Assembly: GCA_964512715.1 (NCBI GenBank)
Contig: CAZEJX010000001.1
Location: forward strand, 1 to 36,505
From: an uncultured Candidatus Saccharibacteria bacterium
GTDB lineage: Bacteria; Patescibacteriota; Minisyncoccia; UBA6257; 2-01-FULL-56-20
Length of the DNA: 36,505 bases
Direction of reading: 5' to 3'
The notes under the pieces: generated by a model
The model's database searches: none
Seen by the model: only the letters and a program-made list of their open reading frames with translations
What the model was told of the DNA's origin: nothing
Part shown: positions 17,668 through 25,439 of the stretch, piece by piece
Position numbering within the stretch: position 1 is the first letter of the stretch
Layout: the number at the start of each line of letters is the position of its first letter
Program-made: the position numbers and the translations under genes

Positions 17668-19185
17668 TTATCTCGCGTATTCCACGGCCCGCATTTCCCG
17701 AATGACATTTACTTTGATTTCGCCCGGGTATTTGAGCTCGCTCTGGATGCGATTGGCTATTTCACGAGCCATCTCAAGCGCGCGGAAATCATCTACCTTT
17801 TCGGGAATTACAAAGACTCGAAGTTCACGTCCGGCGGAAATGGCATAGGACTGTTTCACGCCCGGGAAACCATTCGCAATCTTCTCGAGATCTTGCAGGC
17901 GCTTGATGTAGTTTTCCATCGTGCCCCGGCGAGCGCCCGGCCGCGCCGCGGAAAGCACGTCGGCGGCGGTCACTATATAAGACTCCGGCGAGGCGTACGG
18001 GTAATCGTCATGGTGCGAACGCATCGCATCGATCACTTTGTCATCCACTCCGTATTTTTTAAGAAGCTTCATGCCCAAGTCAACGTGCGTACCTTCCACT
18101 TCGTGATCGATGGCTTTGCCAATGTCGTGGACCAGGGCACCCTTTTTCGCCACCATCACATTTAATCCGAGCTCCGCTGCCATCATGCTTGCTACGTGTG
18201 CCATCTCGATTGAATGCGTAAGAACATTCTGACCGAAGCTTGTGCGGAAATGCAGGCGGCCCAAGAGCTGCACAATTTCTTTGGGCAGATCATACACCCC
18301 AACTTCATTCACTGCCGCTTCGCCGATTTCCACGGTGCGCTTTACGATTTCTTCCTTGGCTTCTTCCACCGCCTCTTCGATCTTGGCCGGCTGAATGCGA
18401 CCGTCTTTCACGAGCTTCTCGAGCGCGATGCGGGCAATTTCGCGGCGATACGGATCGAACGAAGAGATTACGATCGCGCCCGGCGCTTCGTCAATCACAA
18501 ACTCCACACCCGTGGCGCGTTCGAGGGCGCGGATGTTGCGGCCCTCGCGGCCGATAATCTTACCTTTGATATCTTCATCCGGAAGATGGAACACGGTAGT
18601 CGTGAGTTCCGAAACGTGCGAGCGGGCAAAGCGCTGAAGCGCGGTCGTAACGATCGCTCCGGCGCGTTTTTCTATTTCATCACGGCGCTCCGTCTCAACC
18701 GATTGGATGCTTTTCGCGAGATCTTCCGCCTGACGCGATTTCACTTCTTCGATCAAGGTTCGCTTTGCTTCTTCAGGCGAAAGACCACTGACGCGGTGTA
18801 GCTCCTCTTCCGCTTTGTCGCGAAGCGTGACTATCTCTCCTTCTCTTTGTTTCAGGGATTCTTCTTTCTGTCTGACTCCTTTTTCTTCGTCGGCGATCGA
18901 AGCGAGCCGCTTGTCGAGCAAGCCTTCCCGTTCCAGGAGCCGGTGTTCGAGCGCGGTTACCTGCGCACGCGCTTCTTTCTCTTCATTTTTTGCTTCGAGT
19001 AAAACCTGCGCGGCTTTGTCTTTGGCCTCGACTACAATTTCTTTGGCTTTGGCTTCAGCCTCTTTAATTTTGGTGTCTGCAATCGCTTCTAGCGAACCGA
19101 GCTGTTTGGTAGCCCAGGATTTGCGGACAAGGTAACCGACAAAAGCGCCCACGACGAGCGCGGCAAGCGCGATACTGTATTGCAT
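17668..19185 (-). CDS. rny: Ribonuclease Y
   Basis: It has an N-terminal TM helix, an E/K-rich coiled coil, a KH region (GKIIGREGRNIRALE) and an HD domain (HSIEMAH...LVHDIGKA). Confidence 0.95.
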   Translation of the reverse strand: MQYSIALAALVVGAFVGYLVRKSWATKQLGSLEAIADTKIKEAEAKAKEIVVEAKDKAAQVLLEAKNEEKEARAQVTALEHRLLEREGLLDKRLASIADEEKGVRQKEESLKQREGEIVTLRDKAEEELHRVSGLSPEEAKRTLIEEVKSRQAEDLAKSIQSVETERRDEIEKRAGAIVTTALQRFARSHVSELTTTVFHLPDEDIKGKIIGREGRNIRALERATGVEFVIDEAPGAIVISSFDPYRREIARIALEKLVKDGRIQPAKIEEAVEEAKEEIVKRTVEIGEAAVNEVGVYDLPKEIVQLLGRLHFRTSFGQNVLTHSIEMAHVASMMAAELGLNVMVAKKGALVHDIGKAIDHEVEGTHVDLGMKLLKKYGVDDKVIDAMRSHHDDYPYASPESYIVTAADVLSAARPGARRGTMENYIKRLQDLEKIANGFPGVKQSYAISAGRELRVFVIPEKVDDFRALEMAREIANRIQSELKYPGEIKVNVIREMRAVEYAR

Positions 19186-19312
19186 GTGAGATGAATCATT
19201 AAGTTCATTTTAGGAAGACTTTTAGCGTACTTCTATTATGCCCTTTCGGGAGAAAAGGAGCAATACTTGACATGAAACTCTTTAATATTGAGCTATGTGC
19301 ATAACATTTCCC

Positions 19313-19340
19313 TTGACACTCTGAGCCTTAGGGATAAAAT
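19313..19340 (+). promoter_or_regulatory. Orphan sigma70-type promoter (TTGACA-16-TAAAAT) with no downstream plus-strand gene
   Basis: TTGACA is at 19313..19318 and TAAAAT at 19335..19340. Confidence 0.45.
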
Positions 19341-19346
19341 GAATGC

Positions 19347-19455
19347 AGATCCTCCCGGTTCGACCAGCTCTTTCCTCACTTTTTTAAACATCGCCCCTAA
19401 AGTAGGGCACCCTATGCAGGGCCAACGCAAGCGCGTTGGCCCTGAACCTTTTTTA
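19347..19455 (+). ncRNA. Candidate small RNA (about 100 nt) defined only by an orphan promoter and a terminator hairpin
   Basis: The promoter is at 19313..19340. A 12-bp stem spans 19417..19444 (cagggccaacgc / gcgttggccctg) and is followed by aacctttttt. I recognise no known RNA family. Confidence 0.25.
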
Positions 19456-19471
19456 CGAACTTGAATATCTA

Positions 19472-19505
19472 TATTAAAAGGCCGCTAAGTTAGACTTAGC
19501 GGCCT
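19472..19505 (-). terminator. Rho-independent terminator after the 132-aa hypothetical gene
   Basis: Stem aggccgctaag (19479..19489) pairs with cttagcggcct (19495..19505). On the minus strand it is followed by ttttaat. Confidence 0.75.
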
Positions 19506-19510
19506 TTGCA

Positions 19511-19909
19511 TTATCCTGCTTGTACGAGCTGGAGCCTGTGATAACGGACTACCTCCAAATTGAAAACGCCCTCGGTGCCATCTTTTCTGCCGTCAAGGCT
19601 TATCTTGATGTGAAGTGGCTGCCAATTCATTAATCCCACCCGTGCCATAGTGCAGATGAAATCAACATCACCGACTCCCTTACCTATACCTGCTTTGATC
19701 CGAACGGTTTTCTTTTTCCATTGAGCTCCGTGAAGGAACGTTTGAACATCATCAGGAAGAGAATCCCAGATCTTAGGGATAAAGTCCGAATCCATTTCTT
19801 CTTCCTTACCAAATCTTCGATCATGGAAAGCTGCTTCCGGCCAGATGGTTTTTGCTGCTTCTTCTGCCATCCAAAATGCCAGCCACGTTGAATCATGCAA
19901 TGATAGCAT
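19511..19909 (-). CDS. Hypothetical protein (132 aa), monocistronic
   Basis: The ATG lies 7 nt after AGGAG and the gene has its own terminator. I recognise no family motif. Confidence 0.55.
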   Translation of the reverse strand: MLSLHDSTWLAFWMAEEAAKTIWPEAAFHDRRFGKEEEMDSDFIPKIWDSLPDDVQTFLHGAQWKKKTVRIKAGIGKGVGDVDFICTMARVGLMNWQPLHIKISLDGRKDGTEGVFNLEVVRYHRLQLVQAG

Positions 19910-20050
19910 AGTGCTTCTCCTCTATTCGCCCGAGACCATTCTCGCTGCGGCCCTTGATGTCAAAGAGCAAATTACTTATACGCTTGACATGAGCGCCTTG
20001 CAAGCGTGCCCCCTAGATTCTCAATTCTATATTCTATATTCTTATCTCAT

Positions 20051-21577
20051 ATGAAACGCACCGTAGCTTTGATTGTTTTAGACGGCTGGGGAATCGGCCG
20101 GGATGATGAGTCGAATCCTATTTATGTAGTGAAACCGCCGACGCTCGCGCGGCTTGCGGAAGAATATCCGCTGACTTCCCTTCAGGCTTCCGGCATCTCC
20201 GTCGGACTGCCGTGGGGTGAAACCGGTAATTCGGAAGTGGGCCACCTTACGCTCGGTGCCGGCAAAGTTATTTATCAGTACTATCCAAAAATTACGATTG
20301 CAATCCGCGATAAATCTTTTTTTGAGAACCCGGCGCTCAAAGCCGCATGCGCGCATGTAAAAGAAAACAATGCCACGCTACATTTTGCCGGTCTTCTTTC
20401 CAAAGGCAATGTGCATGCCTCGCTGGAGCACATCGAGGCTTTGCTTCAGATGGCAAAGCAGCAAGGTGTCGCGAACGTGAAACTGCATCTTTTCGGCGAT
20501 GGCAAAGACATGCCGAAGAAAACAATGGAAACGCTCCTTAAGGCTCTGCCGCCGGAAGCGTGCGCAACCATCATCGGCCGTTACTACGCCATGGATCGCG
20601 AGGGTAACTGGAACCTCACTGAAGAAGCTTATCGCCTTATGACTGAGGATGGACCGGCGGGAGATCTTCCCCAAACCATTGCCGCGACGTATGCGAAAGG
20701 TTTGAGCGAGGAATTTTTACCGGGCGTGCGCGTACAGGCTAACAGCGCCATTCATGATAACGACGCGCTGTTCTTCTTCAATTTCCGCGAGGATTCTATC
20801 CGTCAGCTCGCGGAATCGTTTATCACTAAAGATTTCAATCAATTCCAGCGCAAAGATCTCAAAAATATTTTTGTCGGGACGATGACTCGCTACAAAGATA
20901 GCTTCGATGCCCAGGTTGCGTTTGAAGCGGATGTGGTGAAGTCGCCCCTTGGTAAAGTAATCTCTGATCAAGGCCTGGTACAGCTGCGTCTCGCGGAAAC
21001 TTATAAGTACGCCCACGTCACGTATTTCTTTAATGGCTATGTGGAGGAGAATTTCCCCGGCGAAGAGCGTGTCTTGATTCCTTCCGAATCGATCCCCCAT
21101 CCTGATGAGCATCCGCAGATGATGGCTTCAGCGATAACCGATCGTATGGTTGGCGCGCTTGAGGAACGCGCATACGATTTTATTCTTGTAAATTACGCGA
21201 ATGGCGACACCATCGCACATAGTGGAAATTACAAAGCTTCGCTCGAAGCGGTGCGCACCGTAGACCGGGAATTGGAACGTGTTGTGAAAGCCGTCGAAGC
21301 GACGAATGCGATTCTTCTTATCACCTCCGATCACGGCAATGTTGAAGAGCTTTTCAACCCCACGACCGGCACGCCAGAAACCCAGCACGATCCGAGCCCG
21401 GTGCCGCTTCATCTCATAGCGCCTGAATTCAAAGATAAAAAGTTTGGCAATTGGCCGAATATCAAAAATGAAACTGCGGGCATCCTTTCTGACGTCGCAC
21501 CGACGATTTTGGAAATCATGGGCATACAGAAGCCAGATGACATGAGCGGCGAGAGCCTGCTGCGGCAACTGCGCTAA
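20051..21577 (+). CDS. gpmI: 2,3-bisphosphoglycerate-independent phosphoglycerate mutase
   Basis: It starts MKRTVALIVLDGWG and has GNSEVGHLTLGAG, YAHVTYFFNG, ANGDTIAHSG and ITSDHGN, all iPGM signatures. The start is set to ATG 20051. The track start is an upstream GTG. Confidence 0.95.
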   Translation: MKRTVALIVLDGWGIGRDDESNPIYVVKPPTLARLAEEYPLTSLQASGISVGLPWGETGNSEVGHLTLGAGKVIYQYYPKITIAIRDKSFFENPALKAACAHVKENNATLHFAGLLSKGNVHASLEHIEALLQMAKQQGVANVKLHLFGDGKDMPKKTMETLLKALPPEACATIIGRYYAMDREGNWNLTEEAYRLMTEDGPAGDLPQTIAATYAKGLSEEFLPGVRVQANSAIHDNDALFFFNFREDSIRQLAESFITKDFNQFQRKDLKNIFVGTMTRYKDSFDAQVAFEADVVKSPLGKVISDQGLVQLRLAETYKYAHVTYFFNGYVEENFPGEERVLIPSESIPHPDEHPQMMASAITDRMVGALEERAYDFILVNYANGDTIAHSGNYKASLEAVRTVDRELERVVKAVEATNAILLITSDHGNVEELFNPTTGTPETQHDPSPVPLHLIAPEFKDKKFGNWPNIKNETAGILSDVAPTILEIMGIQKPDDMSGESLLRQLR

Positions 21578-21592
21578 AGCTTGATACCGCAC

Positions 21593-21621
21593 TTGACTTT
21601 TCCAGTTTTTAGGCGTATAAT
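21593..21621 (+). promoter_or_regulatory. Near-consensus sigma70 promoter (TTGACT-17-TATAAT)
   Basis: TTGACT is at 21593..21598 and TATAAT at 21616..21621, upstream of the secreted-protein gene. Confidence 0.6.
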
Positions 21622-21667
21622 TTAGTTAGATAAATTGACATCGGCTTTGCCGAGAAAGGGAAAAGCA

Positions 21668-22255
21668 GTGAAGAAAATCGCAGTCGCAGTTCTGACTTTC
21701 CTCGTTACAAGCGTCGCGTTAGCACAATCCAATGATCTGGCGAACTATTTCAAGGTGACGGAAAACGGCACCCAGAAAATCCCCTGGTACACTTACAACA
21801 AAGGTGCGCTATCAGTGGATGCTCGATACAATTTCGATTGGCCGAACACCACGAGCATCTTTCTCGGCCGCAATGTGACTCAAGGACAAACCACCCTGAC
21901 CTATGAATTAGGCGGCATCGTTGGTGGTGGACATGGAGGCATTTCTCGTGAACTTCTAACCTATACGGAGCATGGAAAGGTGAGTATCTTCTCACTCTAC
22001 CAAGTTGCCTTCAGCGTAAAGAATGATCCGTATTTCGTTTTTCACTACGGAGATCTGCTCTACAGCCTCAGCCCGCGCGTAAAAGCCGGGCTGGATGAAC
22101 AAATCTACTATGAGCGGGGTATGGCAGGACCCGACATCGATGTGGGACCGGTTGTAAAAGTGACCATCAAACCTGCTTACGTAAAGGCTTGGTGGTCCGT
22201 AAATCCAACTGGAAGGCTGCAGAAAACTTTCTTTGCGGTAGGCACAAACTTCTGA
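21668..22255 (+). CDS. Secreted hypothetical protein with beta-rich alternating pattern and C-terminal Phe
   Basis: The GTG start lies 6 nt after AAGGGA. It has the signal peptide KKIAVAVLTFLVTSVALAQ, then about 175 aa with alternating aromatic/polar strands, ending FAVGTNF. Confidence 0.55.
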   Translation: MKKIAVAVLTFLVTSVALAQSNDLANYFKVTENGTQKIPWYTYNKGALSVDARYNFDWPNTTSIFLGRNVTQGQTTLTYELGGIVGGGHGGISRELLTYTEHGKVSIFSLYQVAFSVKNDPYFVFHYGDLLYSLSPRVKAGLDEQIYYERGMAGPDIDVGPVVKVTIKPAYVKAWWSVNPTGRLQKTFFAVGTNF

Positions 22256-22310
22256 GTTTTGGCGTTGACGGTCTAGAAATCGATCGATGCTAAGCACAAG
22301 AAGGAGAAAT

Positions 22311-22610
22311 ATGAGAAATTCTCAAGAAGGTTTCACGATCATTGAACTGCTCATCCTCATCGTGGTACTGGCTTTCTTCACGGCACTCATCGTGGGGATC
22401 CTTACTCTCTGCATGGGCAACTTCTGGATCACTGAAGATGGCGTTCTGAGAAAGATCCAATTCAGAAATCCGCAAGCAGTCCAGATCCTGGATGTGGAAC
22501 GCAGAGTGTGGGACTACTCACTCGTGACTGTTAAGAACAAAGACGGTACCCAAACAACGTATATCGTCGATGCCAATGTCCTTTTCAACTATCGAGTGAA
22601 GCCGTTCTAG
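22311..22610 (+). CDS. Type IV pilin-like (prepilin N-terminal motif) small protein
   Basis: It starts MRNSQEG/FTIIELLILIVVLAF, a class III signal peptide with a G|FTxxE motif. The ATG lies 4 nt after AAGGAG, and a strong terminator follows. Confidence 0.65.
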   Translation: MRNSQEGFTIIELLILIVVLAFFTALIVGILTLCMGNFWITEDGVLRKIQFRNPQAVQILDVERRVWDYSLVTVKNKDGTQTTYIVDANVLFNYRVKPF

Positions 22611-22628
22611 TCACTTCGATAGATCTTC

Positions 22629-22666
22629 GCCCTCGCGACCAGCTGGTCGCGAGGGCATCGTTTTTT
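22629..22666 (+). terminator. Rho-independent terminator after pilin-like gene
   Basis: A perfect 28-nt palindrome gccctcgcgaccagctggtcgcgagggc (22629..22656) is followed by atcgtttttt. Confidence 0.8.
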
Positions 22667-22714
22667 ATATCTTCTATTCTAGATTCTCACTTCTAAATTC
22701 TGTATGCTTAGCAC

Positions 22715-23071
22715 ATGCATCTCATCGGCTCCATCCTTCTTGCTGTGCTTACAAACCTCGCCGGGCTTCTTGCAGCGTCACATTATATAGTAGGCTTCTA
22801 TCTTGCGACCACAGACTGGAAGCTCCTCTTTGAGATCGCTCTCATTTTTACAGCGCTCAATCTGATTCTCCGACCAATTCTCAAGCTATTTCTCGGTCCG
22901 CTCATTGTGATTACCCTCGGGCTGGGCATGATCATCGTGAACGCCGCCGTGCTTGCCCTGCTTGACTTTTTGACCCCTGCGCTTAGTATTTCAGGGGTTG
23001 CGCCTCTTCTTGAGGCCACTCTCCTCATCGCAGTTATTAACTTCGTTGTGGATTTATTCGTGAGAATATAG
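22715..23071 (+). CDS. DUF360 / phage-holin-4-like four-TM membrane protein
   Basis: The pattern LNLILRPILKLFLGPLIVITLGLGMIIVNAAVL is typical of the PF04020 family. It has four hydrophobic segments in 118 aa. Confidence 0.65.
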   Translation: MHLIGSILLAVLTNLAGLLAASHYIVGFYLATTDWKLLFEIALIFTALNLILRPILKLFLGPLIVITLGLGMIIVNAAVLALLDFLTPALSISGVAPLLEATLLIAVINFVVDLFVRI

Positions 23072-23080
23072 TTTGCAGAA

Positions 23081-23105
23081 GATCCCTCGACAGGCTCGGG
23101 ATGAC
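23081..23105. repeat. GTCATYCC-family repeat, single half-unit (reverse orientation)
   Basis: The reverse complement reads gtcatcccgagcctgtcgagggatc. It lies between the DUF360 gene and secG. Confidence 0.7.
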
Positions 23106-23130
23106 ACAGAGGGATGAAACATAAAGAACT

Positions 23131-23352
23131 ATGCACATTATCCCTATCATTCAAATCGTAATCGCAGTGATTCTCGTCACGCTTATTCTCCTCCAGGAGC
23201 GCTCCGCTGGCATGAGCGGCCTCTTTGGCGGTGGTGAAGGCGGCGTCTACCAAACCCGCCGCGGCTTGGAGCGGATTGTATTCTACGGAACGATTGTGCT
23301 TTCTATTGCGTTTGCCGTACTCGCAGTATTGCAACTCTTCCTCGCGAAGTAG
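23131..23352 (+). CDS. secG: Preprotein translocase subunit SecG
   Basis: It is 73 aa with two TM segments flanking the Gly-rich LLQERSAGMSGLFGGGEGG loop. Confidence 0.8.
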   Translation: MHIIPIIQIVIAVILVTLILLQERSAGMSGLFGGGEGGVYQTRRGLERIVFYGTIVLSIAFAVLAVLQLFLAK

Positions 23353-23439
23353 CACTCTTCGCGTAAAGGATTTAGAATTAAAGCTATAGGATGAGCGCGC
23401 TTATCGCTCCATCCTAAGCTCTCTCCCCAATCCTTTTTC

Positions 23440-25086
23440 ATGCATTATTTTAAAAAGTTCTATCGCGCGCTTACTCGTCGCGAACGGCAAGTATTTGCGG
23501 GGGCATCGCTCGGAGTTCTCATTGCTCTTTTTGGTCTCGGTCTCAACTTCTATATCCGTCACACCGTGAGCGTCCCCGCGGACGGCGGCACCTATCGTGA
23601 AGGTATTGTCGGCCAACCGGCAACTGTAAATCCGGTAGTCGCGAAGAGTGCTGCGGATCGCGCGCTTACTACGCTTCTTTTTGCGAACATTACCGATCTT
23701 GCGGATAGCGTCGAAACCAGCGATAACGGCAGAACGGTTAAAGTCCATCTCAAAGACAATCTGCGCTGGTCGGATGGCGAAGAGATTACTTCCGACGATG
23801 TCATCTTCACGGTGAGCATGATTCAGAATCCGGATACTGCCTCGCCGCTTCTGCCCGCCTGGCAAGGCGTTACTCCGAAGCGCAGTTCCAAACTGGAAGT
23901 GGATTTCAGCCTGCCTACAAGCTACGCGTTTTTTGATGAGAATCTCGAGAACTTGCGACCACTTCCCAAACACCTTTTCGCCTCGATTCCGCCTGCCAAC
24001 TGGAAACTTTCCGAGTACAACACCCGACCGGTTGCAAGCGGCCCCTATGTATTTGTCTCACGCTCCGTGGGCACGGATGGGTTCGTAAGCCTTTATCGCC
24101 TGCGCGCTAATACTACGTTTTCCCCAATGGCGCATATCGCTACCTTTGAAATCGCTTTCTTCAAGAACCGTGACGACCAAATCGCGAGCTTCAATAATGG
24201 CGGCATTGATGGATTCTTTGCTGCTGACGCAAGCTCCCTTGCGGCAGTTCGCCGCCCGTATGAAGGCACCGCGTTTAAGACACCGACCTATTACGCCGTA
24301 TTCTGGAATCAAAGCGCTTCAACTGCTCTCGCGCAGAAAGAAATTCGGAAAGCGCTCCTCCTTAGCGTGAGCACTACTGAACTCACTGCGGCTGTTTTAG
24401 GTGACTATGCGAGCCCCGCAACCAACCCCTTCTCCCCCACCTTTATTCCCGTGATGAGCGCGAGCGGAACTGCTTCATCGAGCGTTGATGCCGCGAAAGA
24501 TCTTCTCCAAAAAAATGATTGGACACTCGGCGATGATGGCGTGCTTACGAAAAAAATCGGCAAATCTACGATTCGCGCAGAGTTCACCCTGCTTACACCG
24601 GACGTACCGTTTCTCGTAAAAACCGCGGGGCTCTTAAGGGATGCCTGGGAACGAATTGGTGTGCGCGCCACGATCCAGAGCGTGCCACTCGACGAGCTGC
24701 TCGCGGGGCCCATCAAGAATCGTACCTACGAGGCCCTCCTTTTTGGAAATACGCTCACCAAAAACGGCGATAGTTTCTCCTTCTGGCATTCATCCGAACG
24801 ACTCTACCCGGGTTTGAATCTTGCGCTTTACCAGAACACTGCAGCCGATCATCTGATTGAGAAGATCCGCATGGAACAGGATACTGCCAAACGCACGGCA
24901 GAGATGAGCGACCTCAGCGATACTATTCTTAAAGATAACCCTGCGCTCTTCCTCTTTTCGCCCCAATCTACCTACGTTACTTCGAAAACCATCCGCGGCA
25001 TTGAGTCGCAAACCATAAGTGATGCGGCAGACCGGCTCCAAAACGTAGAAGGGTGGTACGTCACGACCAAGCGGGTTAAAAAATAG
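23440..25086 (+). CDS. Membrane-anchored extracellular solute-binding protein, family 5 (peptide/nickel type)
   Basis: It has an N-terminal TM anchor, then GGTYREGIVGQPATVNP, LRWSDGEEITSDDVIFT and the length typical of SBP_bac_5. No permease or ATPase genes are adjacent. Confidence 0.8.
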   Translation: MHYFKKFYRALTRRERQVFAGASLGVLIALFGLGLNFYIRHTVSVPADGGTYREGIVGQPATVNPVVAKSAADRALTTLLFANITDLADSVETSDNGRTVKVHLKDNLRWSDGEEITSDDVIFTVSMIQNPDTASPLLPAWQGVTPKRSSKLEVDFSLPTSYAFFDENLENLRPLPKHLFASIPPANWKLSEYNTRPVASGPYVFVSRSVGTDGFVSLYRLRANTTFSPMAHIATFEIAFFKNRDDQIASFNNGGIDGFFAADASSLAAVRRPYEGTAFKTPTYYAVFWNQSASTALAQKEIRKALLLSVSTTELTAAVLGDYASPATNPFSPTFIPVMSASGTASSSVDAAKDLLQKNDWTLGDDGVLTKKIGKSTIRAEFTLLTPDVPFLVKTAGLLRDAWERIGVRATIQSVPLDELLAGPIKNRTYEALLFGNTLTKNGDSFSFWHSSERLYPGLNLALYQNTAADHLIEKIRMEQDTAKRTAEMSDLSDTILKDNPALFLFSPQSTYVTSKTIRGIESQTISDAADRLQNVEGWYVTTKRVKK

Positions 25087-25093
25087 CTGGGCT

Positions 25094-25122
25094 TTGACGG
25101 TTTTCTCGTTATCTGCTAGACT
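25094..25122 (+). promoter_or_regulatory. Putative promoter (TTGACG-17-TAGACT) upstream of tRNA-Leu
   Basis: TTGACG is at 25094..25099 and TAGACT at 25117..25122, about 90 nt upstream of the mature tRNA 5' end. Confidence 0.45.
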
Positions 25123-25211
25123 AGAGTTAACGTTCGTTTCTCCTTTTATTTGAAATACACGGGCTTAGCGCCCCTTCTTGTTACATTGCAATCGAGCTCG
25201 CACTCCTACCT

Positions 25212-25295
25212 GGGCAAGTGGTGGAACTGGCAGACACGTAGCGTTCAGGGCGCTATGACCGCAAGGTCGTGAGGGTTCAAGTCCCTCCTTGCCCA
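25212..25295 (+). tRNA. tRNA-Leu (anticodon CAG), class II with long variable arm, no encoded CCA
   Basis: The acceptor stem gggcaag pairs with cttgccc, with discriminator A. The anticodon stem tagcg/cgcta carries loop ttCAGgg. The variable arm is tgaccgcaaggtcgt and the T arm is gaggg-ttcaagt-ccctc. Confidence 0.9.
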
Positions 25296-25361
25296 CAGCA
25301 GAACAATCAGAATTTAGTATCTAGAATTTAGGAAAAATAAATTAATAAGTTAGTCGAAAAT

Positions 25362-25418
25362 AAATAACATTGTCATTCCCGCGAAGGCGGGAATCCAGCA
25401 CTGGATCCCGGATCAAGT
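25362..25418. repeat. GTCATYCC-family repeat, full inverted-repeat unit (MITE/REP-like)
   Basis: The sequence is gtcattcccgcgaaggcgggaatcc ... ggatcccggatcaagtccgggatgac, two hairpin-containing halves in inverted orientation. It ends 21 nt before the rnj ATG. Confidence 0.8.
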
Positions 25419-25439
25419 CCGGGATGACACAAAAAATAA

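Noticed and set aside
19339-19470. A 43-aa ORF (MNADPPGSTSSFLTFLNIAPKVGHPMQGQRKRVGPEPFLRT) in the rny upstream gap.
   Set aside because: Its ATG overlaps the -10 hexamer of the only plausible promoter. The ORF also runs through the terminator hairpin. It is kept only as an alternative under the sRNA finding.
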